The notes below the pieces were generated by a model. That model was not told the DNA's origin and ran no database searches. It worked only from the letters and a program-made list of their open reading frames with translations. From Longimicrobiales bacterium (GTDB lineage: Bacteria > Gemmatimonadota > Gemmatimonadetes > Longimicrobiales > Gaopeijiaceae), in contig CBDBPR010000003.1 of the NCBI GenBank assembly GCA_965208935.1, positions 91,877-155,876 of the forward strand: a stretch of 64,000 bases of DNA, in the 5' to 3' direction. Made by a program: the position numbers and the translations under genes. Of the stretch, positions 17,222 to 27,121 are shown in pieces (position 1 is the stretch's first letter; every line of letters starts with the position of its first letter).

Positions 17222-18469
17222 ATGCCAGGGACCGTCCACGCAACCGATTCCACGAAATACACCCGCGAGGCACGGGAGCTCGCCGCCAGCCCGACGATCG
17301 CCAACGCCTTCCGTATTATCGAGGAACTCGACGAATGGGCGCTGCGGCGGCTGATCGAACTCACCGAGATACCGGCACCGCCGTTCATGGAGGAGGCGCG
17401 GGGACGCCGCTTCGCCGAACTCCTGACCGAAGTCGGCGCTGATGCCGTGTGGACTGACGAGGTCGGCAATGTGATCGGCTTGCGCAGGGGCCTGCGGGGG
17501 CACCGTTCCATCGGTCTCGGCGCCCATCTCGACACGGTCTTCCCCGAGGGAACGGACGTGACGGTGACCCGGCGCGGCGACACTCTGTTCGCACCGGGGA
17601 TCAGCGACGACACACGCGGGCTCGTGGTCGTGCTGGCGGTGCTGCGCGCGATGCGGGAAGCGGGAATAGAGACGGACGCGGACATCCACTTCGTGGGAGT
17701 CGTCGGCGAGGAGGGCCCGGGCGACCTGCGCGGCATGAAGCACATGTACCGCGACCCGGCCACGGCCCCCGACGCCTGGATCGAGGTGGACGGCGGGGGT
17801 CTGCAAAAACTGGTGGTCGACGGGCTCGGCTCCGTCCGCTACCGCGTCACCTTCAAGGGCCCGGGCGGCCATTCGTGGGGCGCGTTCGGACTGGCCAACC
17901 CCGCGCACGCCATGAGCCGCGCCGTACGACTGTTCCAGGACGCCGCCGACCCTCTTACCTACGGCGGACCCCGAACCAGCTACAACGTGGGACGCATCGG
18001 AGGCGGCTCCTCGGTCAACGCCATACCCTGCGAGAGCTGGATGGATGTCGACATGCGCTCGGTCAGCCCGGAGAGCCTGGCCCGAATCGAGCAGGTGTTC
18101 CTCGAGGCGATGGACCAGGGACTCCGCGAAGAGAACGCACTAAGGCGGAGCGGCCCTCCGCTTTCCGTCGAAAAGGCCAGGATCGGGGACCGTCCCTCCG
18201 GCGAGGGGGACCGTGACGCGCCCCTTGTCCGGCGAGCACTGGCCGCAACCGCTGTTTTCGGGGTACAGGGCACGCTCGGCCGGTCCTCCACCGATTCGAA
18301 CGTCCCCATCGCCCTCGGTGTGCCGGCGGTGACAATAGGCCGTGGCGGGATGGGTTTCGGCGCACACTCGCCCGGAGAGTACTGGGTCAACGTGGACGGG
18401 CACCTTGCCATCCAGCGGGCCCTTTTACTGCTTGTCGCTGAAGCGGGGATCGCGGGGCCGGTTCCGTAG
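17222..18469 (+). CDS. M20 family metallopeptidase (peptidase T / ArgE-like)
   Basis: LIELTEIPAPPFMEE, GAHLDTVFPEGTD (H-x-D), GISDDTRG, EEGPGDLRG, and FGAHSPGEYW. Confidence 0.8.
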   Translation: MPGTVHATDSTKYTREARELAASPTIANAFRIIEELDEWALRRLIELTEIPAPPFMEEARGRRFAELLTEVGADAVWTDEVGNVIGLRRGLRGHRSIGLGAHLDTVFPEGTDVTVTRRGDTLFAPGISDDTRGLVVVLAVLRAMREAGIETDADIHFVGVVGEEGPGDLRGMKHMYRDPATAPDAWIEVDGGGLQKLVVDGLGSVRYRVTFKGPGGHSWGAFGLANPAHAMSRAVRLFQDAADPLTYGGPRTSYNVGRIGGGSSVNAIPCESWMDVDMRSVSPESLARIEQVFLEAMDQGLREENALRRSGPPLSVEKARIGDRPSGEGDRDAPLVRRALAATAVFGVQGTLGRSSTDSNVPIALGVPAVTIGRGGMGFGAHSPGEYWVNVDGHLAIQRALLLLVAEAGIAGPVP

Positions 18470-18507
18470 AGTATCCGTCGGGCTGGCGCTCGGCCGCATG
18501 CCAGAGA

Positions 18508-18783
18508 CTACTCCCGCTGCCCGGCCGGGCCGGATCCCTCACTGGCAATCAGCCGCTCGGTGAAGTCCTGGCGCTCTTCCAGGAGCGACAGCCTGTCGTT
18601 CATTGCTTCGATCGCGTCCCCGATGGTGCGGTCCTCCATGCCGGACATCTTGCTCTTCTCCAGCACCATGACGTCGAGAAGCGCACCGAGTCGTCTTGCG
18701 AGCGGCCGTAGGAGCACTACGCCGCCAACGGTGAGGATCAGGACGATCGAGACGATCATGGGAGCGACGAATTCCCATTCCAT
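18508..18783 (-). CDS. Small membrane protein, hypothetical
   Basis: One N-terminal TM segment (FVAPMIVSIVLILTVGGVVLL) followed by a charged helical tail. I recognise no family. Confidence 0.5.
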   Translation of the reverse strand: MEWEFVAPMIVSIVLILTVGGVVLLRPLARRLGALLDVMVLEKSKMSGMEDRTIGDAIEAMNDRLSLLEERQDFTERLIASEGSGPAGQRE

Positions 18784-18896
18784 GTAGCGTTCTCCGTTGT
18801 GTGACGACCAGAAAGGCTTCGGCGAGGCAAGAACACCAACCCCTCCCTACGAGTCACCGCGAACCGGGTTCCACGTGAACCCGCGCCGGGTGGCGC

Positions 18897-19814
18897 TCAG
18901 CCCCTCCACAACGGCAGCGTCAGACAGGTCGGACCTCCCTCGCACGGGACGCACAACGCATCGGCATCAAAGCACGCCACTTCGCAACCCGCGTCCCTCA
19001 TCAGCTGCAACGTCCGCGGAAACCCGCCCACGGCGATGCACCGGCGCGGACCGAGTGCCAGCACGTTCAGGTTGAGGCCGTGCGAGGCCGCGAACTCGCC
19101 ATCGCTCGCCTCCAGGCACCGGATGCCGCGCCGGATCAGAAGCCGGTATAACGCGACCGGCAGCAGCCGGGGGTAGATCAGCGCCAGGTCATGGTCGAGC
19201 GGACTGATGACCGAGAGGAGGTGCAGGCACGCGGCGGTGCCTTGCCACAAGGGAAGATCGAACGAATGCACCTCCACCTCGAGCGGTGCCAGAATCACCT
19301 CCAGTTGCTCGATGCCCGCCTGATTGGTGCGGAGACCTCGCCCCACCAGCAGCGTCTGCTCGTCGAGCCATATCAGGTCGCCGCCTTCCACGGTGCCCGG
19401 CGGCTCGATGGCCGCGATGACGGGCACCGCCAGCCGCGCATACAGCGCTTCGTGCGACGCTACCTCGGGGCGGCGCAGCACCTTCCCCGGCCGAAGCAGG
19501 ACCGCGCCCGCCGGAGTCATGAACGAGGGGTCGAAGACGAAGATGGCGTCGGCGAGCCCATCGTCCGCGTCCGGGATCCACTCGATCTCCGCGCCCGAAT
19601 CCCCGACCAGTGTGGCGAACGCGCCGTACTGGCGTGCGAGGCGGTCGGTGTCGAGCGGGCCCGCGTAGTGCCAGCGCACCGGATCGGCCTCGAATGTCGC
19701 CGGGCCGGGACGGCGCATCGCGACACGGCGAAGGGGCGCCACCATGCTTCCCACACCGAACCGAGTGGAGGGCGCGGCATCGTCCGTGGTTGCGATCCTG
19801 GTGTTGCCGGTCAT
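18897..19814 (-). CDS. Amidinotransferase / dimethylarginine dimethylaminohydrolase-like (guanidino-group modifying enzyme fold)
   Basis: EGGDLIWLDEQTLLVGRGLRTN and the C-terminal catalytic-Cys context CVPCEGGPTCLTLPL. Start is the ATG at 19814 (MTGNTR). Confidence 0.7.
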   Translation of the reverse strand: MTGNTRIATTDDAAPSTRFGVGSMVAPLRRVAMRRPGPATFEADPVRWHYAGPLDTDRLARQYGAFATLVGDSGAEIEWIPDADDGLADAIFVFDPSFMTPAGAVLLRPGKVLRRPEVASHEALYARLAVPVIAAIEPPGTVEGGDLIWLDEQTLLVGRGLRTNQAGIEQLEVILAPLEVEVHSFDLPLWQGTAACLHLLSVISPLDHDLALIYPRLLPVALYRLLIRRGIRCLEASDGEFAASHGLNLNVLALGPRRCIAVGGFPRTLQLMRDAGCEVACFDADALCVPCEGGPTCLTLPLWRG

Positions 19815-19901
19815 TGCAGGTCTCCGGCTGCGTCGGAAGCCTCCGCTCTCCTCCACCCGAAACAATGCGAACAGGGCATGTCCGCCGCCAGGCGCGGAAA
19901 C

Positions 19902-21215
19902 TCAGCGAACTTCGGCAGCCAGCCTCCGCACCACCACGCGGGCCACGTCGAAATCGTCAAGCTCGATGAAGGCCGCCAGTCCGTCCGGACCGAACGCGTC
20001 CGGCACCTGGGTGGCGTCCGTGGCGTAGGTGCCGACGTACTCGCCTCCGGCCGTCAGCACATCGACGGGTCCGTCGCTCTCCGGCAGTTCACCGCGGCGC
20101 TGCACCCAGATGCGGCTGTCCCATGTGACGGCAAGGCTGCGGAGCACGGGGATCTCGTGGTAGTACTTCTGCTCCAGCTGGAAGGTCGCCGTCGGGGTGG
20201 GATTGTCGCCCTGTCCGCGCCTCTGAAACTGCACCATTCTGAGACCCGCCCTGCCGGCGGCCTGGCCAGCCTCTTCGCGCGCGGCAGCGGTCCGTTCCTC
20301 GTACTCCTGCTGAACCTCCGGCGTCAGGGGTTCTGGCGACATAGGCCGCTGGATGATTCGTGCCACGCCCCTTGCGCCCGGCGGCGTGACCTTGAGCGCG
20401 TAGGCGGACGAATCGGAGTGCACGATGCCTCCGTCCGGCAGGGTACCCACCAGAAGCCTGGGCTCGAATCGGGTGGTCATGCTCATTCCTCCCATCATGT
20501 CCCGAAGCTGTGCGGGAACGTCGGTTGGGAGGTCCAGCTCGTTGCGCGGAGGCAACCATCCGTGCACCACCGTGTCGGCCTGGACGCCGTCGTCGCCGAG
20601 TCCAATCCGCACGACCGGACGGGAGGTCGGAGGAGCGCTGCCGCTGTCCGCACCTCCCGTTCGGAAGCTGATGCCCGGCCCTCCACCGAAGCCTCCGACG
20701 AAGACGGCTCCGCCGCGCGGGTCGGGCTGGACGTTCCCCGAGAGCCCCGGCGTGCTGCCCGGCTCGTCGCCGGCGCGCACCATCCGCTGGAAGACCCCCG
20801 ACCGGTCGAATATCTGGTAGGCGCCGTGGCCTGCGTCGCTGACCACAACGGTTCCATCACGGAGCACGGCAAAGCCGGCTGGCCGGTTGAATTCGCCGGG
20901 GCCTTGTCCCGACGAGCCGAACTCCCGTGTGAAGCCGCCTGCAGCGTCGAACACCAGGACCCGCAGGTCGGAACCCATCGTGTCCGAGGCGTCGAACACG
21001 TACAGGTTGCCCTCCGCGTCGAAGGCCACCCGCCGTATCCGGCCGAACATCTCCCAGGACTCGCCGTCGAGCACGCCGACGCGGTAGACCTCCTCGAAGT
21101 CGGGTTCGATCAGTCGGTCACGCCCCGGCAGTTCGATCACGTCCTGGGCCTGAAGGGCGGTGGCTGCAAGCGCGAGCAGGAAGGTGGCGGGAGCGAGCGG
21201 GCGGGATGTTGCCAT
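19902..21215 (-). CDS. 6-bladed beta-propeller (NHL-like) family secreted protein, paralog 1 of 4
   Basis: The signal peptide is MATSRPLAPATFLLALAATALQAQ. It has the family motif FGSSGQGPGEFNRPAGFAV and the C-terminal pattern shared with 37834-38931, 39888-41039 and 53641-54861. Confidence 0.75.
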   Translation of the reverse strand: MATSRPLAPATFLLALAATALQAQDVIELPGRDRLIEPDFEEVYRVGVLDGESWEMFGRIRRVAFDAEGNLYVFDASDTMGSDLRVLVFDAAGGFTREFGSSGQGPGEFNRPAGFAVLRDGTVVVSDAGHGAYQIFDRSGVFQRMVRAGDEPGSTPGLSGNVQPDPRGGAVFVGGFGGGPGISFRTGGADSGSAPPTSRPVVRIGLGDDGVQADTVVHGWLPPRNELDLPTDVPAQLRDMMGGMSMTTRFEPRLLVGTLPDGGIVHSDSSAYALKVTPPGARGVARIIQRPMSPEPLTPEVQQEYEERTAAAREEAGQAAGRAGLRMVQFQRRGQGDNPTPTATFQLEQKYYHEIPVLRSLAVTWDSRIWVQRRGELPESDGPVDVLTAGGEYVGTYATDATQVPDAFGPDGLAAFIELDDFDVARVVVRRLAAEVR

Positions 21216-21488
21216 GGTCGGATTGCCTCTGTGCAGGTCCGTTCGGGAGCCAGAATCGGTTGACCGCGCCCTCTGTGAAGCCGGTCTCGGCAGACCTGTG
21301 GACGGGTCCTGTGATTGGATGCGAAACCACGCTGTTCAGGTTGTCCGCCAGGACCGATGTCGTCGTTGTTGCCGCGCCTGCTCGGCGCCGTGGGCGCCGG
21401 TCGGCACGCGAACTGGCGCTGGACCCCGCCTCTCACCATCCTCCAAGGCAAATGGAGATCCTCCACCGCCACCCAGGACCATGACCGT

Positions 21489-23261
21489 ATGCCGAAACTG
21501 CCCGGATACCTGCCCGCGCGACGCCATCCCGTCGCAAAGCCCCTCTTTCTCGGCACCGTACTACTGGTGACCGCTGCGGCCTGCGAGACCCCCGATCCCC
21601 GGGCGCAATCGAGCGCCGGCGGGCCGCAACCCGACGACGTCCGCTTTCCGGCGACCAATCGCCCAGACGTGCGGGGTGTCACAGGCGCGGTATCGGCGGG
21701 CCATCCCCTCGCCGCGGCCGCGGGCTACGACATCCTGCGCCGGGGCGGCAACGCGATGGATGCGGCGATCGCCATGGCCGGTGTGCTGGCCGTGGTGCGG
21801 CCTCACATGAACGGTGTCGGCGGTGATGCGTTCGCGCTCTACTACGAGGCGGAGAGCGGCCGTGTGCACGCCATGAACGGCAGCGGGCGCGCCGGGGCCC
21901 TGGCAACGCCAGCGCTCTTCGCCGAACAGGAGCTGGACGAGGTGCCGGGCAACGGACCGCTCTCGGTTACGGTCCCCGGGGCAGTCGCAGCGTGGGTGGA
22001 CGCCGCGGACCGCTTCGGCACACTGCCCGTCAACGAACTGCTCGCTCCCGCGATCGGGTACGCGCGGGGCGGATTCCCGGTCTCCACGCGGCTTGCCAGC
22101 GACATCCGAGCCCAGTCGGGCGCGCTGAACGACCACGCACGAGCCCTATACATGCCCAATGGCGAGCCGCCGCCGGCAGGAAGTCTCCTGCTCAATCCGG
22201 CGCTCGCGTCGACGCTGGAACTGATCGCCCGAAGCGGAAAGGACGGCTTTTACAGGGGGCCCGTGGCCGAGCGACTGGCGACCTTCATCGAGGCGGAGGG
22301 CGGCTATGTGCGGGCCGCCGACCTGGCGGCACACGCAACGACGTGGGTAGAGCCTCTTCGGGGCGATTTCGAAGGCTACACGATGCTGGTTCTTCCACCC
22401 AACACCCAGGGAATCGCCCAACTGCAACTGTTCGAAATGGCCAGGTCGTTCGACGTGGCGGGAATGGGTCACAACAGCGCGGCGTACCTGCACACGCTGA
22501 TCGAGTTGAAGAAACTTGCCTTCGCGGACCGCGACCAGTGGGCGGCGGATCCGGAGTTCACGGACATTCCGCTCGACGACCTCCTTGATGGCGGCTACCT
22601 CGCGGGGCGGGCGGGGATGGTCGACCCGGACTGGGCGGCTGAGCAGCGCGCACCTGGAGTGGTGCCGGCCACGCTCGTCGCCGAGCGATCACGCGACGAC
22701 TCCGGGGACACGGTCTACCTGACCGCCGTCGACCGATGGGGCAACGCGGTCAGCTGGATTCAGAGTCTGTTCGCCGGCTTCGGCTCCGGGCTGCTGGAGC
22801 CGGAGACGGGGGTGGTTCTGCACAACCGCGGCGCCCTGTTCAACCTGGACGCCGGACACCCCAACGTCATCGCGCCGGGCAAGCGGCCCTACCACACGCT
22901 CACTCCGATGATGGCGGTCCAAGGCGACGGCAACTTCGCATTCACCCTGGGAACGCCCGGAGGGGACAGCCAGCCGCAGAGCCTGCTTCAGATCGTGAAC
23001 AACCTTGTGCACTTCCGCATGACCCCGCGGGCCGCAATCGAAGCGCCCCGCTTCCGCAGCTACGGCGGACTACGGGTGGCGTTCGAGGATCGAGTTGCGG
23101 CCGCGGTGCTGGGGCACCTGGGTGAACTGGGCCACGAGGTCGAGGTGGTGCACGGCTGGACCGCCACCTTCGGCGGCGCGCAGATGATTGTGCGCGACCG
23201 CGACGGCACGCTTACCGCCGCTTCCGACCCGCGCCGCGAGGCCTACGCGATCGCCTACTGA
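21489..23261 (+). CDS. ggt: Gamma-glutamyltransferase (lipoprotein signal)
   Basis: AGHPLAAAAGYDILRRGGNAMDAAIA, the nucleophile context SGDTVYLTAVDRWGNAVS, and PGGDSQPQ. ATG at 21489 gives ...LLVTAAAC. Confidence 0.9.
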   Translation: MPKLPGYLPARRHPVAKPLFLGTVLLVTAAACETPDPRAQSSAGGPQPDDVRFPATNRPDVRGVTGAVSAGHPLAAAAGYDILRRGGNAMDAAIAMAGVLAVVRPHMNGVGGDAFALYYEAESGRVHAMNGSGRAGALATPALFAEQELDEVPGNGPLSVTVPGAVAAWVDAADRFGTLPVNELLAPAIGYARGGFPVSTRLASDIRAQSGALNDHARALYMPNGEPPPAGSLLLNPALASTLELIARSGKDGFYRGPVAERLATFIEAEGGYVRAADLAAHATTWVEPLRGDFEGYTMLVLPPNTQGIAQLQLFEMARSFDVAGMGHNSAAYLHTLIELKKLAFADRDQWAADPEFTDIPLDDLLDGGYLAGRAGMVDPDWAAEQRAPGVVPATLVAERSRDDSGDTVYLTAVDRWGNAVSWIQSLFAGFGSGLLEPETGVVLHNRGALFNLDAGHPNVIAPGKRPYHTLTPMMAVQGDGNFAFTLGTPGGDSQPQSLLQIVNNLVHFRMTPRAAIEAPRFRSYGGLRVAFEDRVAAAVLGHLGELGHEVEVVHGWTATFGGAQMIVRDRDGTLTAASDPRREAYAIAY

Positions 23262-23277
23262 GGGGAGCGAGCAGCGG

Positions 23278-23655
23278 TCAGCTGCTGCCGCGAAGCTCCA
23301 CGGGCTGACCGTGCGGCGTGCGGCGGTACGCTTCCGCCCACGCGTCCTTGCGCTCGGTCAGCGCCGCCAGGTCGATCAGATCGTGGTCGGCAACCAGCCG
23401 CTCCAGCGCGGCTACCCAGTGATGGTAGTATGCGGATCCGTCGTCGGGGTCGCCTCGCGCATCGGCACGCGCGATCTCCTCGGCAAGCGTGGCCGCCCAG
23501 GTCGTCCACGAGAAATACCCCAACTCCGAGAGCTTGACCGCCAGCGCAAAGGCCTGGGCCTGCCACGGCGCCTCGAAGACGGGTCCTTCCGCATCGCGGG
23601 GCAGCGGCGGCAGTGCCGCGAGGCGCTCCCCACCGCTGCTCGTCGCCGCCGCCAT
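23278..23655 (-). CDS. Nitrile hydratase accessory (activator) protein
   Basis: PVFEAPWQAQAFALAV...YYHHWVAALERLV is the typical accessory-protein signature. Its start ATG overlaps the beta-subunit stop by 1 nt. Confidence 0.8.
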   Translation of the reverse strand: MAAATSSGGERLAALPPLPRDAEGPVFEAPWQAQAFALAVKLSELGYFSWTTWAATLAEEIARADARGDPDDGSAYYHHWVAALERLVADHDLIDLAALTERKDAWAEAYRRTPHGQPVELRGSS

Positions 23656-24305
23656 CACGCCGTCTCCAGGTATTCTTCCCACAGGTCCACATACACGGCG
23701 TCGCGGGCGCCCGAGCGGTCTCCCCAGAGTTCCCGCCCCTCAAAGCGGACCGAGTAGACGTGTTGCGGGTCGTCCAGCGGCAGTTGGCCACGCTCGTCGC
23801 TATCCTGCAGCGCGTAGACGCCGTAGTCCTCGACCACCGTGCCGAGGCGGCCCTTCACGTATCGAGGGAGCCGGTTGTGACCGCGCGGGTTCAGATTCCG
23901 GGCGCGCACGCGGTCGCCCGGTGCAAAGCGGGCTCGCACATCCAGGTCCAGGAGGGCGAAGCCGAGGGAACCGTCCTCGGGAGGAAGCAGTTCGGGGCTG
24001 GATTCGCCGGGGTCGGGTCTACCGGATTCGACCTCGGACCCGGCGATCAGGCCTCCGGCGAGCAGGCGCGTGACCACCATGTGAAACCAGCGCTCGTAGT
24101 ACGACATCCGCAGGTAGTCCACGGGCGGAATGCTCTCGAGAACGAATCGGAATCCCGGCAACTTGCGGCCACGCAGCCAGGGCTTCACCACCCGGGTCAG
24201 CGCGTACACCCGACCCTCCCACGGGTAATGGAACACCGGCTCGTCGTCTTCGCGCGCGACGGGGCCGAACCCGTCCATGCCGCCCATGTCGTGGATGCTG
24301 TTCAC
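23655..24305 (-). CDS. nthB: Nitrile hydratase beta subunit
   Basis: The GTG at 24305 gives [16 protein letters not shown], the canonical N-terminus, and makes a 4-nt GTGA overlap with the alpha stop. YYERWFHMV and [13 protein letters not shown] are also present. Confidence 0.85.
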   Translation of the reverse strand: MNSIHDMGGMDGFGPVAREDDEPVFHYPWEGRVYALTRVVKPWLRGRKLPGFRFVLESIPPVDYLRMSYYERWFHMVVTRLLAGGLIAGSEVESGRPDPGESSPELLPPEDGSLGFALLDLDVRARFAPGDRVRARNLNPRGHNRLPRYVKGRLGTVVEDYGVYALQDSDERGQLPLDDPQHVYSVRFEGRELWGDRSGARDAVYVDLWEEYLETA

Positions 24306-25009
24306 GAGTCGCTCCGCTGCGGTGCTGCCACCCTCGCGACCCCGATCATGGCATCGCGGGTGACAAGTGCGGCCAGTTCCTCCTCGGTCATGTCCTCGGT
24401 GCCACCGGGGCGCTCCGGCAATACCAGGTAACGTATCTCGGCGGTGCTGTCCCAAACGCGCACTTCCACGTCGTCCGCAAGCTGGAGACCGAATTCGCGC
24501 AGCACTTCGCGCGGTTCGATGACGGCCCTCGCCCGATACGCCGACGACTTGTACCAGGTCGGCGGCAGACCCAGTGTGGGCCACGGATAGCACGAACACA
24601 GGGTGCAGACCACGAGGTTGTGCACGGCGGGGGTATTGGCGACGACCTTCATGTGCTCCCCCTGGCCACCGAGGTATCCGAGCTCGCCGATCGCCGCGGT
24701 GCTGTCCGCCAGAAGCCGCTGACGGAAAGCGGAGTCGGTCCATGCCCGCGCCACCACCTGCGCGCCGTTCCTGGGTCCGATCCGGTTCTCGAAGGAATCG
24801 ACGATCTCGTCGAGTTCGGCGGCATCGACCATCCCCTTTTCGACCAGGAGGGATTCCAGCGCCGTTACCCGGAGGGAGATGTCCGGGGGAACATCCTGGT
24901 GGTCGTGGTGATGGTGGTGATGCCCGTGGTGGTGGTCGCCGTCACCGGCGTGGTGGTGATCGTGGCCATGGCCGTTGTGGCCGTCGGTGTCGTGACGGTC
25001 CTTGTGCAT
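24302..25009 (-). CDS. nthA: Nitrile hydratase alpha subunit, cobalt type, with His-rich N-terminal extension
   Basis: The metal site [11 protein letters not shown] has Thr, indicating the Co type. The N-terminus [39 protein letters not shown] has 20 His in 39 aa. AGGAGA lies 5 nt upstream of the ATG. Confidence 0.9.
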   Translation of the reverse strand: MHKDRHDTDGHNGHGHDHHHAGDGDHHHGHHHHHHDHQDVPPDISLRVTALESLLVEKGMVDAAELDEIVDSFENRIGPRNGAQVVARAWTDSAFRQRLLADSTAAIGELGYLGGQGEHMKVVANTPAVHNLVVCTLCSCYPWPTLGLPPTWYKSSAYRARAVIEPREVLREFGLQLADDVEVRVWDSTAEIRYLVLPERPGGTEDMTEEELAALVTRDAMIGVARVAAPQRSDS

Positions 25010-25018
25010 GCGGTTCTC

Positions 25019-25522
25019 CTATTTCAACTCCACCAGCTGCTCGGGATCCACCCGAACGACGATGTAGGTGATCGTCTCGGTGATCTCGCTGAAGCCGTGG
25101 GGCGAATCGGCCGGGATGATGACCATGTCCCCCGGACCGACCTCGCGGCTCTCCCCGCCTTCAATGCCACCCACCGAACTCGGGCCGGTGAGCGTCCGCA
25201 CCACGGTCCCGTCCGGGTCCAGCCGGCGGCCGTCCGAAAGCACGCCTCCCGTCACCAGCGTCCCGCGCCCGGACACCACGTAGTAGACCTCGGTCTGGTT
25301 GTGGTGCTGAATGGCGCCCAGTGAAGTGGAGGGCGGCCGCTGGACGACGCCGATGCCGACGTTGTGTCCGCCCGCGTCGATGTGCCGGATCTGCTGGTCG
25401 CTGACCCTCCCCTCCGGGGCATTGGCGATTGTGGCGCGAATGTCCTCGCTGGATATATGGATGCCTACGGGGTGCTGGGTTAGCGCTCCGGTCGCGAACA
25501 GTGCAAGAATCAGCTTGTCCAT
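25019..25522 (-). CDS. Cupin domain protein with signal peptide
   Basis: MDKLILALFATGALTQ signal, HHNQTEVYYVVSGRGTL and GDMVIIPADSPHGF cupin motifs. Confidence 0.7.
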   Translation of the reverse strand: MDKLILALFATGALTQHPVGIHISSEDIRATIANAPEGRVSDQQIRHIDAGGHNVGIGVVQRPPSTSLGAIQHHNQTEVYYVVSGRGTLVTGGVLSDGRRLDPDGTVVRTLTGPSSVGGIEGGESREVGPGDMVIIPADSPHGFSEITETITYIVVRVDPEQLVELK

Positions 25523-25527
25523 TTCCT

Positions 25528-25564
25528 GGCTCCTACAGGTACGTGGCTCCTACAGGTACGTGGC
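25528..25564. repeat. Perfect 17-bp tandem duplication (GGCTCCTACAGGTACGT x2 + GGC) across the SulP stop / cupin RBS junction
   Basis: 25528-25544 and 25545-25561 are identical and are followed by GGC. On the coding strand the unit carries TAGGAG (stop + SD-like). Confidence 0.9.
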
Positions 25565-27121
25565 CGGCGGCATCCCGAAGATGTTGTCGATCAGCGCGCG
25601 GGCCTGTGGCGGCACACCCTTCAATGAAGAGGGAATGCCCATCGCCCGAGTCTCCTCCACCACTCGCTTGAGCACAAGAGCCCCGGTCAGATCGATACGC
25701 CCGAGGCCTTCCAGGTGGATCACCACCTCGGATACCGCGCCCGCCCCCGTGAGCTTGCTCATCAGCGCTTCCTCCAGCCGCGGGGCGGAGGCAAACCAGA
25801 GGATGCCCTTGACCTCGAGGTGCAGGACTCGGTCCTCCATCCAGCTGTCGAATCCGGCCCGCCGCTCGCGCCAGACGTGAATCGCGAGAGACAGGAGGAT
25901 GCCCAGCAACAGGGCCTGCTCGATCCGGGGGGCGAGCAGCAGGCACAGCGCGAGGGTGAACCACACCACCAGCGCCTGAATCCGCGACAGCGTCCAGACG
26001 TTGATCAGCAGGCGCGGACGCACGAGGCCGCCAACCGCAGCGATCACGATCCCCGCCAGGACAGCCTTCGGGAGGGCCGACAACACACCTGCAAAGGGCA
26101 GGAACAGCAGCACGGCGACACCCGTGATCGCCCCGGACCATCGGGTACCGGCGCCTGAAAGGTGATTCAGGCTGCTGCGGGAGAGCGAGCCATCCACGGG
26201 CATGCCACCGCACACCCCGGAGACGACGTTGGCGGCTCCCTGGGCCAGGAACTCCCGGTCGGGGCTCCAACGGGCGCGGTCCTGGGTTGCGAAGCTGCGG
26301 GCGATCGCAGTGGTCTCGGCGAAGCCTACCAGGGCAATCACCACGCCCGGGAAGACCAGCGCCGGCACCAGATTCCAGGGCAGGGCAAGGCTGATGGGGG
26401 GCAGCGAGCCGGGAATGGTCCCCACGATCGGTCCCTGGTAGCCGGCCAGCGTGGCAAAGAGGACGCCGCCCAGGACCGCCACCAGCGCCCCCGGGAACAG
26501 CGGGTGGATCCTGCGTGCCATAAGCGTAATCGCCACGGTGAGCACCGTCAGTACGATGGCGGCCACATTCCACGCACCGGGCCCGACAAGCGCCTGGATC
26601 GTGTTGCCGACCAGCCCGCTTTCCCCCGACGCCGTCAGGCCCAGCGCGGACGGAAACTGTGAAAGCAGGATGAGAATGGCCGCGCCCGAGGTGAATCCCC
26701 TCACCACCGGCTGCGACATCAGATAGGTGACCTTGCCGGCACGCACCAGGGCGATCGCCAGCCGCGTGAGTCCCACAATCAGCGCGAGGAGGGCGGCCGC
26801 GCCCACATACTCCCGACTCCCGGGCGCCGCAATGGTGACGAGGGCACCGTGGGTGAGCAGCGCGGTCAGGGCAACGGGACCCGACTGCAGGTAGGGGCAC
26901 GAAGCGAAGAGGCCGGCCGCAATAAGCGGCAACGCCGACGCGTAAAGGCCATGGACGCTGGGCAGGCCCGCCAGTTCCGCGTACGCCATGCTCTGCGGGA
27001 TGATCAGAAGGGTGACGCTCAGGCCCGCGACCACGTCCCGGGACGTCGCACGGCGCGCGGTCCACGCCGCCGCTCCCACGACGGGGCCGCCACCCCCCCG
27101 CCCCGCCACCCTCACGCTCAC
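25550..27121 (-). CDS. SulP family anion transporter with C-terminal STAS domain
   Basis: DVVAGLSVTLLIIPQSMAYAELAGLP, multiple TM segments, and a STAS-like tail (VIHLEGLGRIDLTGALVLKRVVEE). The GTG start at 27121 forms a GTGA overlap with the upstream gene stop. The track ORF start at 27301 would overlap that gene by 180 nt. Confidence 0.85.
   Translation of the reverse strand: MSVRVAGRGGGGPVVGAAAWTARRATSRDVVAGLSVTLLIIPQSMAYAELAGLPSVHGLYASALPLIAAGLFASCPYLQSGPVALTALLTHGALVTIAAPGSREYVGAAALLALIVGLTRLAIALVRAGKVTYLMSQPVVRGFTSGAAILILLSQFPSALGLTASGESGLVGNTIQALVGPGAWNVAAIVLTVLTVAITLMARRIHPLFPGALVAVLGGVLFATLAGYQGPIVGTIPGSLPPISLALPWNLVPALVFPGVVIALVGFAETTAIARSFATQDRARWSPDREFLAQGAANVVSGVCGGMPVDGSLSRSSLNHLSGAGTRWSGAITGVAVLLFLPFAGVLSALPKAVLAGIVIAAVGGLVRPRLLINVWTLSRIQALVVWFTLALCLLLAPRIEQALLLGILLSLAIHVWRERRAGFDSWMEDRVLHLEVKGILWFASAPRLEEALMSKLTGAGAVSEVVIHLEGLGRIDLTGALVLKRVVEETRAMGIPSSLKGVPPQARALIDNIFGMPPATYL

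Noticed and set aside
23655-25009. Thiocyanate hydrolase instead of nitrile hydratase (suggested by the linked anion transporter).
   Set aside because: SCNase has the beta-homolog split into two subunits. Here a single 216-aa beta subunit with the canonical [10 protein letters not shown] start and a standard accessory protein are present. It cannot be excluded without phylogeny.
25528-25564. The tandem 17-mer as a possible CRISPR or minisatellite.
   Set aside because: There are only two adjacent copies with no spacers, and no cas genes occur anywhere in the window.
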